Part shown: positions 8,325 to 16,523 of the stretch, piece after piece
Position numbering within the stretch: position 1 is the first letter of the stretch
How the letters are laid out: each line of letters begins with the position of its first letter
Source: Solirubrobacterales bacterium
GTDB taxonomy: Bacteria; Actinomycetota; Thermoleophilia; Solirubrobacterales; 70-9
Assembly (NCBI GenBank): GCA_046330315.1
Contig: JAXLSZ010000012.1
Span: 398 to 64,397 of the forward strand
Reading direction: 5' to 3'
DNA: 64,000 bases
The notes under the pieces: generated by a model
What the model was told of the DNA's origin: nothing
The model's database searches: none
The model's input: the letters and a program-made list of their open reading frames with translations, nothing else
Translations under genes and position numbers: made by a program

Positions 8325-9266
8325 GTGCCGGCGATCGCCGGCCTCGGGGACACCTGGGAGCGACTGGGCCGAGGCGACCCGCTTTGGCTGACCGCCGCGC
8401 TCGGGCTCGAGATCATCTCCTTCGCGGCCTACGCGGCGCTGTTCCGGACCGCCTTCGACTCCCCCGACCTGCGGATCGGCTGGGGAGGCAGCGCGAGGAT
8501 CACGCTGGCGGGCGTGGCCGCAACGCGCCTGCTCGCGATGGCCGGGGTCGGCGGGATAGTGCTGACGGTCTGGGCGCTGCGCAGGCTGGGAATGGCCGGG
8601 GGCGAGGTGACCCGGCGGCTCGCGACCTTCCTGATCCTCCTCTACGCGGTCTACATGGCGGCCCTGGTGGTGGGCGGCGTGGGCCTCCGCAGCGGCCTGC
8701 TGGCCGGCCCCGCGCCATTCGCCCTCACGGTCCTGCCGGCGGTCTTCGGCGCCCTGGTGATCGCCGCCGCCCTGGTGATCGCAGCCGTCTCCGGCGACCT
8801 CGACCAGGCGCTCGCCCGGGTCTCGGCGGCCCGGGGGCGGGGGGCCCGCTGGGCGGCGGCGCTCGCCACGGCCCCGGCGACCCTCTCTTCGGGAGTGAAG
8901 GGGGCTCTGGGCCTGCTGCGCACCCGCGATCCGGGGCTGCTGGGGGCTGTGGGCTGGTGGGCGTTCGACGTCGGCGTGCTCTGGGCCTGCCTGCGCGCCT
9001 TCGGGGGCGAGGCGACGATCGCGGTCGTCGTCATGGCCTACTTCGTCGGCATGCTGGCGAACGTCCTCCCGGTTCCCGGCGGCATCGGCGCCGTGGACGG
9101 CGGCATGGTCGGAGCGCTGATCGGATTCGGCGTCAGCGGCGGCCTCGCCCTGGTGGCCGTGCTCAGCTACCGGGCCTTCTCGTTCTGGATACCCACGGTC
9201 CCCGGGGCGGTCGCCTACGCGCAGCTCCTGCGCGAGCCGCCGGCGAACGACGGAGCCCAGCGCTGA
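8325..9266 (+). CDS. Flippase-like / lysylphosphatidylglycerol-synthase-TM-region family (UPF0104) membrane protein. True start probably upstream.
   Basis: ORF 8325..9266 is multi-pass hydrophobic and has the family-like MAYFVGMLANVLPVPGGIGAVDGGMVGAL block. The same frame stays open upstream and encodes a typical first helix (RRLALSIALAVGAIVSLYVL) with no ATG/GTG/TTG. Confidence 0.65.
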   Translation: MPAIAGLGDTWERLGRGDPLWLTAALGLEIISFAAYAALFRTAFDSPDLRIGWGGSARITLAGVAATRLLAMAGVGGIVLTVWALRRLGMAGGEVTRRLATFLILLYAVYMAALVVGGVGLRSGLLAGPAPFALTVLPAVFGALVIAAALVIAAVSGDLDQALARVSAARGRGARWAAALATAPATLSSGVKGALGLLRTRDPGLLGAVGWWAFDVGVLWACLRAFGGEATIAVVVMAYFVGMLANVLPVPGGIGAVDGGMVGALIGFGVSGGLALVAVLSYRAFSFWIPTVPGAVAYAQLLREPPANDGAQR

Positions 9267-9323
9267 CCCACCGGGGCCGCGTTCCCCTTGGCCCACGACG
9301 GTGCGGGTAGATCGCGGGCCGGC

Positions 9324-9449
9324 AGGGCGGGCCCATCGGGGCAGGGCGGGCCCTCGCGGGCTTCCAGGGCGGGCCCATCGGGGCAGGGCGGGCCCTCGCG
9401 GGCTTCCAGGGCGGGCCCATCGGGGCAGGGCGGGCCCTCGCGGGCTTCC
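9324..9449. repeat. Perfect tandem repeat, 42-bp unit x3, plus degenerate flanking copies.
   Basis: Unit agggcgggcccatcggggcagggcgggccctcgcgggcttcc at 9324, 9366 and 9408. A diverged copy follows to ~9498. Located between the membrane-protein stop (9266) and the radical SAM start. Confidence 0.9.
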
Positions 9450-9498
9450 ACGGCGGGTCCATCGCGGGTCGGCAGCTCGGGACCCGCGGGCCGACAGG

Positions 9499-10947
9499 AT
9501 GAATCCATTGCGGGTCGCAAGGGTCGGATCGAACGCAACCATGCAGACTGCAGACTCCCCACCGGCGAGCCACAGGCTCGGAGCGACCCGGTCGGCCTGC
9601 CCGCAGTGCCGGCGAGTACTCGACGCCGAAATCCTCCAGCGTGCCGGGCGGGTCGTGCTCTCTCGCGAGTGCCCCGAGCACGGCCGCTTCGAGGCGGTCG
9701 TCTACGGGGACGCCAGGAGGTATCTGGAGATCCAGCGCTTCTCGAAGCCGGGCGCGGCGCCGCTGAGCCGGCAGACCGAATCGCAGCGCGGGTGCCCGCA
9801 CGACTGCGGGATCTGCCCACAGCACGCCCAGCACACCTGCCTCGGGATCATCGAGGTCAACACCGCCTGCAACCTCGACTGCCCGATCTGCTTCGCCGAG
9901 TCGGGGACCGGCCAGAACGGAAACGGATACGCGCTGGCGCTCGCGGAGGTGGAGTCGATGCTGGACGCCTTCGTCGCCGCCGAGGGCAGCCCCGAGGCGG
10001 TCCAGATCTCGGGAGGGGAGCCGTCCATCCACCCCCAGATCCTCGAGATGCTGGGTGCGGCCAGGCAGCGGGGCATCCCCCTGGTGATGCTGAACACCAA
10101 CGGGATACGGCTCGCCCGCGACCCCCGCTTCGCCGCGGCGCTGGCCGAACTGGGGGTGCACGTGTACCTCCAGTTCGACGGACTCGAGGAGGCCACCCAC
10201 ACTGCGATCCGCGGCAGGCCGCTGCTCGACGAGAAGCTGCGCGCCCTCGAGCGCTGCTCGGAGGAGGGCGTGAGCGTCTCCCTGGCGACGGCCATCGAGC
10301 GCAACCTCAACGATCACGAGGCCGGGCCGATCGTCCGGTTCGGCATCGAGCACCCGGCGGTCACCGGTGTCTTCTTCCAGCCGGTGACCCACTCCGGGCG
10401 ATTCCTCGCGGCGAGTGACCCATTGGAAAAGCTGACCAACTCGGACGTGATCGAAGCGATCGCCGAGCAGCTTCCCGAGTGGTTTCGGCCCGACGACTTC
10501 GTCCCCGTCCCCTGCTGCTCGCCGACCTGCCGCTCGGCCACCTTCGCGCTCTGTGACGGGCGGGACGTGATCCCGCTGCCCCGGCTCGTCGACGTCGAGG
10601 ACTACCTCGACTACGTGACCAACCGGGCTGTGCCGGACTTCTCGGTGCGCGATGCGCTGGAGGGGCTGTGGTCGGCGAAGGCGGCCGGGGGAAGCGGCCC
10701 GGTCGCCGCGCGGCTCGAATGCGTCGCCTGCTCCACGGCGATCCCCGCCGAGCTACGGGAGGTGGCGGCCCGGGGCTTCATGATCGTGATCCAGGACTTC
10801 CAGGACCCCTACACGCTCGACGTCGAGAAGCTTCGCAAGTGCTGCGTCTCGGAGATCACGCCCGATGGCAGGCTCATCCCTTTCTGTGCCTACAACTCGT
10901 TCGGCTACCGGCAGCAGGTCAGGGAGTGGCGGTCGAGCCTGAGCTGA
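9499..10947 (+). CDS. Radical SAM enzyme with multiple Fe-S clusters (COG1964-type; same layout as archaeal tetraether lipid synthase Tes/GDGT-MAS).
   Basis: ORF 9301..10947, whose first ~66 aa are repeat DNA. Features: an N-terminal Cys-rich ribbon CPQCRRVL...ECPEHG; an auxiliary cluster motif GCPHDCGICPQHAQHTC; the canonical CNLDCPICF (CxxxCxxC); ISGGEP; and C-terminal Cys clusters (PVPCCSPTC, ECVAC, KCCVSE...FCAYN). Start is the ATG at 9499 or 9541. Confidence 0.8.
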   Translation: MNPLRVARVGSNATMQTADSPPASHRLGATRSACPQCRRVLDAEILQRAGRVVLSRECPEHGRFEAVVYGDARRYLEIQRFSKPGAAPLSRQTESQRGCPHDCGICPQHAQHTCLGIIEVNTACNLDCPICFAESGTGQNGNGYALALAEVESMLDAFVAAEGSPEAVQISGGEPSIHPQILEMLGAARQRGIPLVMLNTNGIRLARDPRFAAALAELGVHVYLQFDGLEEATHTAIRGRPLLDEKLRALERCSEEGVSVSLATAIERNLNDHEAGPIVRFGIEHPAVTGVFFQPVTHSGRFLAASDPLEKLTNSDVIEAIAEQLPEWFRPDDFVPVPCCSPTCRSATFALCDGRDVIPLPRLVDVEDYLDYVTNRAVPDFSVRDALEGLWSAKAAGGSGPVAARLECVACSTAIPAELREVAARGFMIVIQDFQDPYTLDVEKLRKCCVSEITPDGRLIPFCAYNSFGYRQQVREWRSSLS

Positions 10948-11714
10948 CCGCCGCCTGCGCGACCGCCTACGCCCACCCCGCGGTGCGGTGGCTGCTGGGC
11001 GGCGAGCTCCACCCCGGAGGAAGCGGGGCGACCCGCCGCGCCCTCGAGCTGATCTCGCTCGAGCCCGGCGAGACCCTCCTGGACGTGGCGTGCGGCGACG
11101 GCGCCTCGGCGATGCTCGCGGCCCGGGAGTTCGGCTGCCTCGCCGCCGGGCTCGAGTGCGCACCCGGGGCGGTGGCGGAGGCCCAGAGCGCGGCCGAGTC
11201 GGTGGGGCTCGGCGACCGCGCCGCGTTCATCCACGGCGATGCCCATGCACTCCCCTTCGGGGAGGGCTCCTTCGACGCGGTGCTGTGCGAGTGCGCGCTA
11301 TCCACCTTCCCCGATCCCGCGGCCGCCCTCGCCGAGATCCACCGGGTGCTGCGGCCGGGCGGCCGGGTGGCGATCAGCGACGTCACCACCGATCCGGGAC
11401 GGCTTCCCGCCGCCCTGCTGGGCGCCCTCGGAGGGGTGGCCTGCGTGGCCGGAGCGCGTTCGGCGGCGGGGTATGAGCTGCTGCTCGGCGAGTCCGGCTT
11501 CGAGCCGATCGCGACCGAGCGGCGGGACGACGACGCGGCGGCGATGGCCGCCCGGGCGATCGACCGGCTGCGGGGCGCCCGCCTGCTGGGCTTCGGCGAC
11601 CTCAGCGTCGCCGGGTTCGACCTCGACGACGCCCTCGAGCTGGGGAAGCTGGCGCAGCGCGCGATCGACGACGGGGCGCTCGGCTACGCGATCCTGGCGG
11701 GGAGGCGCCGGTGA
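10926..11714 (+). CDS. Class I SAM-dependent methyltransferase.
   Basis: In the frame of ORF 10668..11714. The GTG at 10926 overlaps the radical SAM gene end by 22 nt. Motif I is LLDVACGDGASA, and HRVLRPGGRVAISD follows. The N-terminus reads CATAYAHPAVRWLLGGELHPGG. Confidence 0.8.
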   Translation: MAVEPELTAACATAYAHPAVRWLLGGELHPGGSGATRRALELISLEPGETLLDVACGDGASAMLAAREFGCLAAGLECAPGAVAEAQSAAESVGLGDRAAFIHGDAHALPFGEGSFDAVLCECALSTFPDPAAALAEIHRVLRPGGRVAISDVTTDPGRLPAALLGALGGVACVAGARSAAGYELLLGESGFEPIATERRDDDAAAMAARAIDRLRGARLLGFGDLSVAGFDLDDALELGKLAQRAIDDGALGYAILAGRRR

Positions 11715-12463
11715 GCCGGGTCGCGATCCTCAACCGGCCCGGCGCCGAGCCCTCGCTCGGCGCGGTCGAGCTCTCCCGCCGGCTGCTCGGCGAAGCACGC
11801 TCCGTTTCACGGCCCGAGGAGTGCGCTCGACTGACCCGCCTCGCCGGGCAGCTCTCCGGGGTCGACCCGACCGGAATCGAGGGCGACGCCGAGCGGATCG
11901 CCTTCTGGCTGAACCTCTACAACGCCCTCCTGCTCCACGGTCTCTGCCTGAGGCCGGTCCGGGGAAGCATGCTGCGCCACCTGCGGCTGTTCGGGCGTCT
12001 CGCCTACGAGGTGGGCGGCAGCGTCTGCACGCCCAACGTCATCGAGCACGGCGTCCTGCGCCGGAACAGCCGACCGCCGCTTCACCTGCGGCGAGCCCTG
12101 CGCGCTTCCGATCCAAGGGCGGCGAGCTCTCCGGCGCGCCTCGACCCCCGCATCCACTTCGCGCTCAACTGCGGCGCCCGCTCGTGCCCCCCGATCCGCG
12201 CCTACGACCCGGCGGCGCTCGACGAGCAGCTCGAGACCGCGACCTCCGCCTACTTTGCGGGGGAGGCGCGGGTCGATCGCGAGCGCTGCCGGGCCGTGCT
12301 CCCGCGGCTGATGCGCATCTACGCGAGCGACTTCGGGTCTCGCACCCGGCAGGTCGGGTTCGCGGCCCGCTACCTCCCCGAGCTCGAGGAGTGCCGCGGG
12401 CGGATCATGGTCCGCTACGGGCGCTTCGACTGGACCGCCGTGCCGGCTTCGCCGCTGCCCTAG
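11711..12463 (+). CDS. DUF547 domain-containing protein.
   Basis: ORF 11711..12463. The GTG start overlaps the methyltransferase stop (GTGA). Family-typical blocks: AFWLNLYNALLLH and IHFALNCGARSCPPIRAY. Confidence 0.75.
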   Translation: MSRVAILNRPGAEPSLGAVELSRRLLGEARSVSRPEECARLTRLAGQLSGVDPTGIEGDAERIAFWLNLYNALLLHGLCLRPVRGSMLRHLRLFGRLAYEVGGSVCTPNVIEHGVLRRNSRPPLHLRRALRASDPRAASSPARLDPRIHFALNCGARSCPPIRAYDPAALDEQLETATSAYFAGEARVDRERCRAVLPRLMRIYASDFGSRTRQVGFAARYLPELEECRGRIMVRYGRFDWTAVPASPLP

Positions 12464-12464
12464 C

Positions 12465-12623
12465 GGCACCTTCCGCGACGCGCAGACGGGCTCGCTGTGG
12501 AACATCAGCGGGCGGTCCACCGCCGGCCCGCTCGCCGGCGCGAACCTTCGCCAGCTGCCGAGCGACGACCAGTTCTGGTTCGCGCTGGCGGCCTTCTTCC
12601 CCCGGGTCGAGATCAGGCGCTGA
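12465..12623 (+). pseudogene. C-terminal remnant (52 codons) of a DUF3179-like gene.
   Basis: Manual translation gives GTFRDAQTGSLWNISGRSTAGPLAGANLRQLPSDDQFWFALAAFFPRVEIRR*. It has no start codon and no upstream continuation. It begins 2 nt after the DUF547 stop. It resembles the DUF3179 C-terminus (ETGS.W...G.A..GPL.G..L...FWFAW.AF.P) as I remember it. Confidence 0.4.
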
Positions 12624-12634
12624 CGGCAGGCGGT

Positions 12635-13069
12635 CTACTTGCCGTGCTCCGCCCGCGCCCGCTTCCCGGCCAGCAGCCCGAGATTCGAGACGACGAACGG
12701 CACGAGGTAGTTGAGCCCGGCCCTGATCCAGGTGCCGGTCGTTGCGCCGCCGCCGAGGATCACGTCGGCCTGGTTGACGATCGTCAGGACGGTGCCGACC
12801 ACGAGGGCGATGCGGGTCGTCCGGCGCAGGTGCTCGCGGCGCAGGCAGACCCCAAGGGCCTCTCCCAGCGCCCGCTCGGCGCTCCTCCCGCGGGCGCCGG
12901 CGAGCGTGAACCGTTTCGGCGGCGCGGGGGTCGAACCTGCACCATGGCCCGAGTGCTCGAGACCACCGCGCTGCGACTGCTGATCAGCGCAGGCTTCCTC
13001 GGCGCCTCGCTGCTCGTCTTCGAGCGGTTCTGCCTGAGCTGCTGATGCCGGGAAGGGCAGCGCAACCAC
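12635..13069 (-). CDS. NrtS-like small membrane protein (nitrate/nitrite transporter NrtS family core at the C-terminus). Start uncertain.
   Basis: C-terminal part of ORF 12635..13222: RRTTRIALVVGTVLTIVNQADVILGGGATTGTWIRAGLNYLVPFVVSNLGLL. In-frame starts are the GTG at 13069 (1 nt after the dehalogenase stop) or the GTG at 12802 (55 aa). Confidence 0.45.
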   Translation of the reverse strand: MVALPFPASAAQAEPLEDEQRGAEEACADQQSQRGGLEHSGHGAGSTPAPPKRFTLAGARGRSAERALGEALGVCLRREHLRRTTRIALVVGTVLTIVNQADVILGGGATTGTWIRAGLNYLVPFVVSNLGLLAGKRARAEHGK

Positions 13070-13070
13070 C

Positions 13071-13928
13071 TCAACCGAAGCGGCGGCGGATCGCGTCGGC
13101 GACGGCGCCGGACGCATCCTCCTGGAAGTAGTGCCTCGCCTCCGGAAGCCTGACCAGGCGGGCGTCCTCGAACGCGGCCTGCACCCGTGGAAGGACCCGC
13201 CTCGCGGGGAAGGCGAGGTCACGCATCGGCCAGGTGATCAGCACCGGCTTCGAGCCCAACCTGCTCCTGACCTCGCTTGCGAGGCGGTCCAGCCAGGGAG
13301 CGGCGGCACGGATCTGGCGCGGGAACTCGGCAACCCCCACCCTGGCGTCGGGAGTGGGCTGAACCGCCCGGTAGTGCTCCATCTCGGAGGCGCTGAGCTC
13401 GCGGACGACGCCGAAGGGGATGATCCGCTCGACGAAGAGGTTCCGCCTGCGAATCGCCCACTGAAGCGGCGGACTCGACATCGCCGCGCTGAACGCGCGG
13501 AAGGCGCGGTCGGGAGCCCAGAACCATGTGTTTCCGAGGACCAGCCCGGCGACCCGGTCGGGCCGGGCGGCGGCGACCGAGGTGCCGATCGGGCCACCCC
13601 AGTCGTGCCCCATCACGATCGCATCGCCGAGGCCGAGCTCCTCGACCAGCTCGCCCACCACCGCGGCGTGCTCGGGGGGCGTGTAGCGGTAGGCCGGCGG
13701 GCGCTCGGAGAGACCGAAGCCCGGGTAGTCGACGGCCACGCACCGGAAGTCGTCGCGGAGCTCAGCGATCAGGTGCCGGTAGAGGAACGCCCAGGTCGGG
13801 TTTCCGTGCAGGACCACGAGGGGGCGCCCGCTTCCCTCGTCGACGTAGTGGACTCGCCCCGCGGAGCTCCCGAACCAGCGCGACTCGAACGGGAACAGCG
13901 TCGGGGATGGCGTGAAGTCTGGAACCAC
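13071..13928 (-). CDS. Haloalkane dehalogenase-like alpha/beta hydrolase.
   Basis: C-terminal 286 codons of ORF 13071..14885: GRPLVVLHGNPTWAFLYRH, VMGHDWGGPIG, WFW, ...ARHYFQED. GTG start at 13928 (VVPDFTPSPTLFPFESRWF). Confidence 0.8.
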   Translation of the reverse strand: MVPDFTPSPTLFPFESRWFGSSAGRVHYVDEGSGRPLVVLHGNPTWAFLYRHLIAELRDDFRCVAVDYPGFGLSERPPAYRYTPPEHAAVVGELVEELGLGDAIVMGHDWGGPIGTSVAAARPDRVAGLVLGNTWFWAPDRAFRAFSAAMSSPPLQWAIRRRNLFVERIIPFGVVRELSASEMEHYRAVQPTPDARVGVAEFPRQIRAAAPWLDRLASEVRSRLGSKPVLITWPMRDLAFPARRVLPRVQAAFEDARLVRLPEARHYFQEDASGAVADAIRRRFG

Positions 13929-14038
13929 CGGAGAGATCCTCTCCCCTTTGACCGGCGTTTCGCGAGAGCGATTCTCGAGCGGAGCCGACCCAACGCGGCC
14001 GGGTCGGCGGGTCGATGAGGATCTCGGGCTGGCGCCGG

Positions 14039-14293
14039 ATGAACGCGGCTCGCGACCATCGCTGGGCCCGCCCGCGGATGTCCGCATACCTCGAGGGCGA
14101 GCTTGCCCCCCGCCAGCACCGGCGCCTCGCCCAGCACCTGTCCCTCTGCCCGGACTGCTGGCGGGCGCTGCGCACCCTGGACGCGCTGCTGCGGGTCCTG
14201 CCAACGCTCCGGGTTCCGCCCCGGAGCACCGTCGAAGTCGTCCGGAGGACAGCCGCCCAGGCCAGGGCCCGCGTCGGTGAGTGGGATGGCTGA
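14039..14293 (+). CDS. Small zf-HC2 (putative anti-sigma factor) protein, no transmembrane segment.
   Basis: ORF 14015..14293: RDHRWARPRMSAYLEGELAPRQHRRLAQHLSLCPDCWRAL (HxxxCxxC). The stop overlaps the sigma-factor ATG (ATGGCTGA). Confidence 0.65.
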   Translation: MNAARDHRWARPRMSAYLEGELAPRQHRRLAQHLSLCPDCWRALRTLDALLRVLPTLRVPPRSTVEVVRRTAAQARARVGEWDG

Positions 14294-14945
14294 CGCGCAG
14301 CCCCCCGCCGCGCCTGAGGTGACCCGGAGCCGCTCCGGAAAGCCGGCAGGTGCAAGGCTTGGCGAGATGCCCCCGACCACCGCCGGCTCCGAGGCAGTGC
14401 TGGTCAAGCAGGCGCGGGAGGGCGACCGGCTCGCCTTCGAGAAGCTGGTGCGCCTTCACGCCGACCGCGTCTACGCGGTGGCGCTGCGCTTCCTCGGCGA
14501 TCCCGCCGATGCCGAGGAGGTGACCCAGGAGACCTTCCTGCGAGCCTGGCGGGGCATCGGCCGCTTCGAGGCCCGCTCGCAGTTCTTCACCTGGCTCTAC
14601 CGGATCGCCCTGAACGAGGCCAAGCGCCTGGCCGCCAGGCGACCTCCCGCCGGCCGGGTGCGCTCCCTGGAGGACGAGCCGATCCCGGATGCCCCCGACT
14701 GGAGCGATGCCCCGGAGGTGGGGGCCGGCCAGGCGGAGATCCGCTCCGTGCTGGAGGGGGCGATCCGCGAGCTCCCGATCGAGTACCGGGCGACGATCAT
14801 CCTGCGCGACGTCGAGGGGCTCTCGACGGCGGAGGCGGCGAGCGCGATGGAGCTCGGCGAGGCGGCTTTCAAGAGCCGGCTGCACCGGGCCAGGCTCGCG
14901 GTCCGCCGTAGCCTGGACCAGTACTTCATGGAGGAAGAGGCGTGA
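14286..14945 (+). CDS. ECF-type RNA polymerase sigma-70 family factor.
   Basis: In the frame of ORF 14103..14945: LVKQAREGDRLAFEKLVRLHADRVYAVALRFLGDPADAEEVTQETFLRAWRGIGRFEARSQFFTWLYRIALNE (region 2) and PIEYRATIILRDVEGLSTAEAASAMELGEAAFKSRLHRAR (region 4). ATG at 14286; an alternative ATG lies ~27 codons downstream. Confidence 0.85.
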   Translation: MADAQPPAAPEVTRSRSGKPAGARLGEMPPTTAGSEAVLVKQAREGDRLAFEKLVRLHADRVYAVALRFLGDPADAEEVTQETFLRAWRGIGRFEARSQFFTWLYRIALNEAKRLAARRPPAGRVRSLEDEPIPDAPDWSDAPEVGAGQAEIRSVLEGAIRELPIEYRATIILRDVEGLSTAEAASAMELGEAAFKSRLHRARLAVRRSLDQYFMEEEA

Positions 14946-15211
14946 TTCGGCGGCTGTTCGGGCAGATGCGCTACATGCGCGAGCACCGCTGGACCCACTC
15001 CCACCTCTCGGAGTACCTCGACGCGGAGCTCGACGCGCCCGGGAGGGCCCGGGTCGAGGAGCACGTCGGCATCTGCCCCCATTGCCACCGGGTCCTCGCG
15101 ACGCTGAGGCGGACCCTCGCGGGCCTGCGCGCGCTGCCGGCTGCGGCCGACCCGGGGCCGGAGGTCGCGGACGGCGTGATCGAGCGCCTGCGCGGCGAGG
15201 GCCGAAGCTGA
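14942..15211 (+). CDS. Small zf-HC2 (putative anti-sigma factor) protein, paralog of 14039..14293.
   Basis: ORF 14942..15211. The GTG overlaps the sigma stop (GTGA). REHRWTHSHLSEYLDAELDAPGRARVEEHVGICPHCHRVL aligns with the upstream small protein. Confidence 0.7.
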   Translation: MIRRLFGQMRYMREHRWTHSHLSEYLDAELDAPGRARVEEHVGICPHCHRVLATLRRTLAGLRALPAAADPGPEVADGVIERLRGEGRS

Positions 15212-15819
15212 CCGACTGGGACCGGCTCGCCCGCCTCTACGATCGCCAGCTGGCGCTGGAGCGTCCCGCCCTGCGGACGCTGCTGGAGATGCTGGACCCC
15301 GGCGAGGACGAGCGCCTGCTCGACATCGGCACCGGAACCGCGGCCCTGCTCCGCGAGCTCGCCCGGCGCCGGGACCGGCCGGCTCGGGCGGTCGGCCTCG
15401 ATCGCTCGCCGGCGATGCTGGCCCGGGCCGGGCCGATCCCGGCGGGATGGGAGCTGCTGCGCGGCGACGCGCGCCGGCTTCCCTTCGAATCCGGGAGCTT
15501 CGACGTGGCCACCGCCTCATACCTCCTGCACGTCGTCACCGCCGATGCCCGGGCCGCAATCCTCGGCGAGATCCACCGGGTCCTCGGGGCCGGGGGCCGG
15601 GTCGGCATGATCACGGTCGCCCCTCCGCGATCCCGCGTGGGCCTTGCTCTCTCCCGGCCGGTTCGGGCGGCGGCGGCGCGCTCCGATGGGGCCCTTGCCG
15701 GCCTTCGCCCGCTCGACCCGGGCCCGCTGCTTCGGGAAGCGGGCTTCGCGGCAACCGGCCGCCGCCGCGTCCTCCGGGGCTACCCGTCGCTCTGCGTCAC
15801 CGCGCTCAGACCTCGCTGA
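15208..15819 (+). CDS. Class I SAM-dependent methyltransferase (Methyltransf_11-like). Start unresolved.
   Basis: In the frame of ORF 14689..15819: WDRLARLYDRQLALERPALRTLLEMLDPGEDERLLDIGTGTAALL...HRVLGAGGRVGMI. The first canonical in-frame start is the ATG at 15289, yet family-like sequence begins ~15208, where only a CTG is available. Confidence 0.65.
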   Translation: MTDWDRLARLYDRQLALERPALRTLLEMLDPGEDERLLDIGTGTAALLRELARRRDRPARAVGLDRSPAMLARAGPIPAGWELLRGDARRLPFESGSFDVATASYLLHVVTADARAAILGEIHRVLGAGGRVGMITVAPPRSRVGLALSRPVRAAAARSDGALAGLRPLDPGPLLREAGFAATGRRRVLRGYPSLCVTALRPR

Positions 15820-15989
15820 AGAAGTCGACCTGACCGTCCCGGTCGCGGGCTGTGCCGGCCGCCACGAGGGCGCGGCGGGCACCGCGGAGATGGGGTCGCC
15901 CGACCCATCGCGGACGAAGCTCACCTTCGATCTGACCAGGTGAGACGCGTGGGCCTCCGGGGCCGGCGGGCTCCGGCGGCCCCCCGGGA

Positions 15990-16271
15990 TCATGGCCGCA
16001 CCTCAACTCCGTTCCAGAAGGCGACGTGGTTGCGGATCCTGCGGATCCAGGGGTACGGATGGCGGTAGGTCCAGGCGCCGAGGCGGCTGGTCTTTCCGCC
16101 CGCCTCGATCGTGTAGTAGCTGGCGAGACCCTTCCAGAAGCAGAGCGAGCGCATCGCGCTGCGCTTCAGGTAGCGGTGGTCGACGCTGTCGGGAGGGAAG
16201 TAGTGGTTTCCCTCGACAACCTTCGTGTCGTCGCTCTCGGCGAGGACCACTCCGTTCCATACTGCCTTCAT
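15990..16271 (-). CDS. DUF427 domain-containing protein.
   Basis: C-terminal 93 codons of ORF 15990..16619, from the ATG at 16271: MKAVWNGVVLAESDDTKVVEGNHYFPPDSVDHRYLKRSAMRSLCFWKGLASYYTIEAGG... Confidence 0.8.
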   Translation of the reverse strand: MKAVWNGVVLAESDDTKVVEGNHYFPPDSVDHRYLKRSAMRSLCFWKGLASYYTIEAGGKTSRLGAWTYRHPYPWIRRIRNHVAFWNGVEVRP

Positions 16272-16523
16272 TGCGAGGTCTCCGTTCTTCCTTCGTTTTC
16301 GATTTCTCGGCGCCTGACGGTGTGACCGCCCGGACGGGCGCGGGGATTCACGTCGCGGGCCAATCAACGGTCCGTGATCGAGGCGGGCGCGACCGCCGCC
16401 CCCCGCGCCGGGCGAGCTTTCTCGAGGAGTGCTGGGCGCCCTCGCGACGGCGCTCGGCACCCCGGGTTTCGTCGTTGCCCTCGACGATGAATCGAAGCGC
16501 CGCGACCCAGGGTCCAACCTCTC

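Noticed and set aside
5897-9449. Whether the GC-rich tandem repeats (24-bp x7, 86-bp period, 42-bp x3) could be CRISPR arrays.
   Set aside because: The units are directly abutting with no unique spacers. The periods are 24, 42 and 86 bp with no repeat-spacer alternation, and no cas genes are nearby.
12944-13045. A 33-aa hydrophobic peptide ORF on the + strand (MARVLETTALRLLISAGFLGASLLVFERFCLSC).
   Set aside because: It lies antisense to the possible N-terminal extension of the NrtS-like gene. It has no ribosome-binding site and no recognisable family. I cannot support it from sequence alone.
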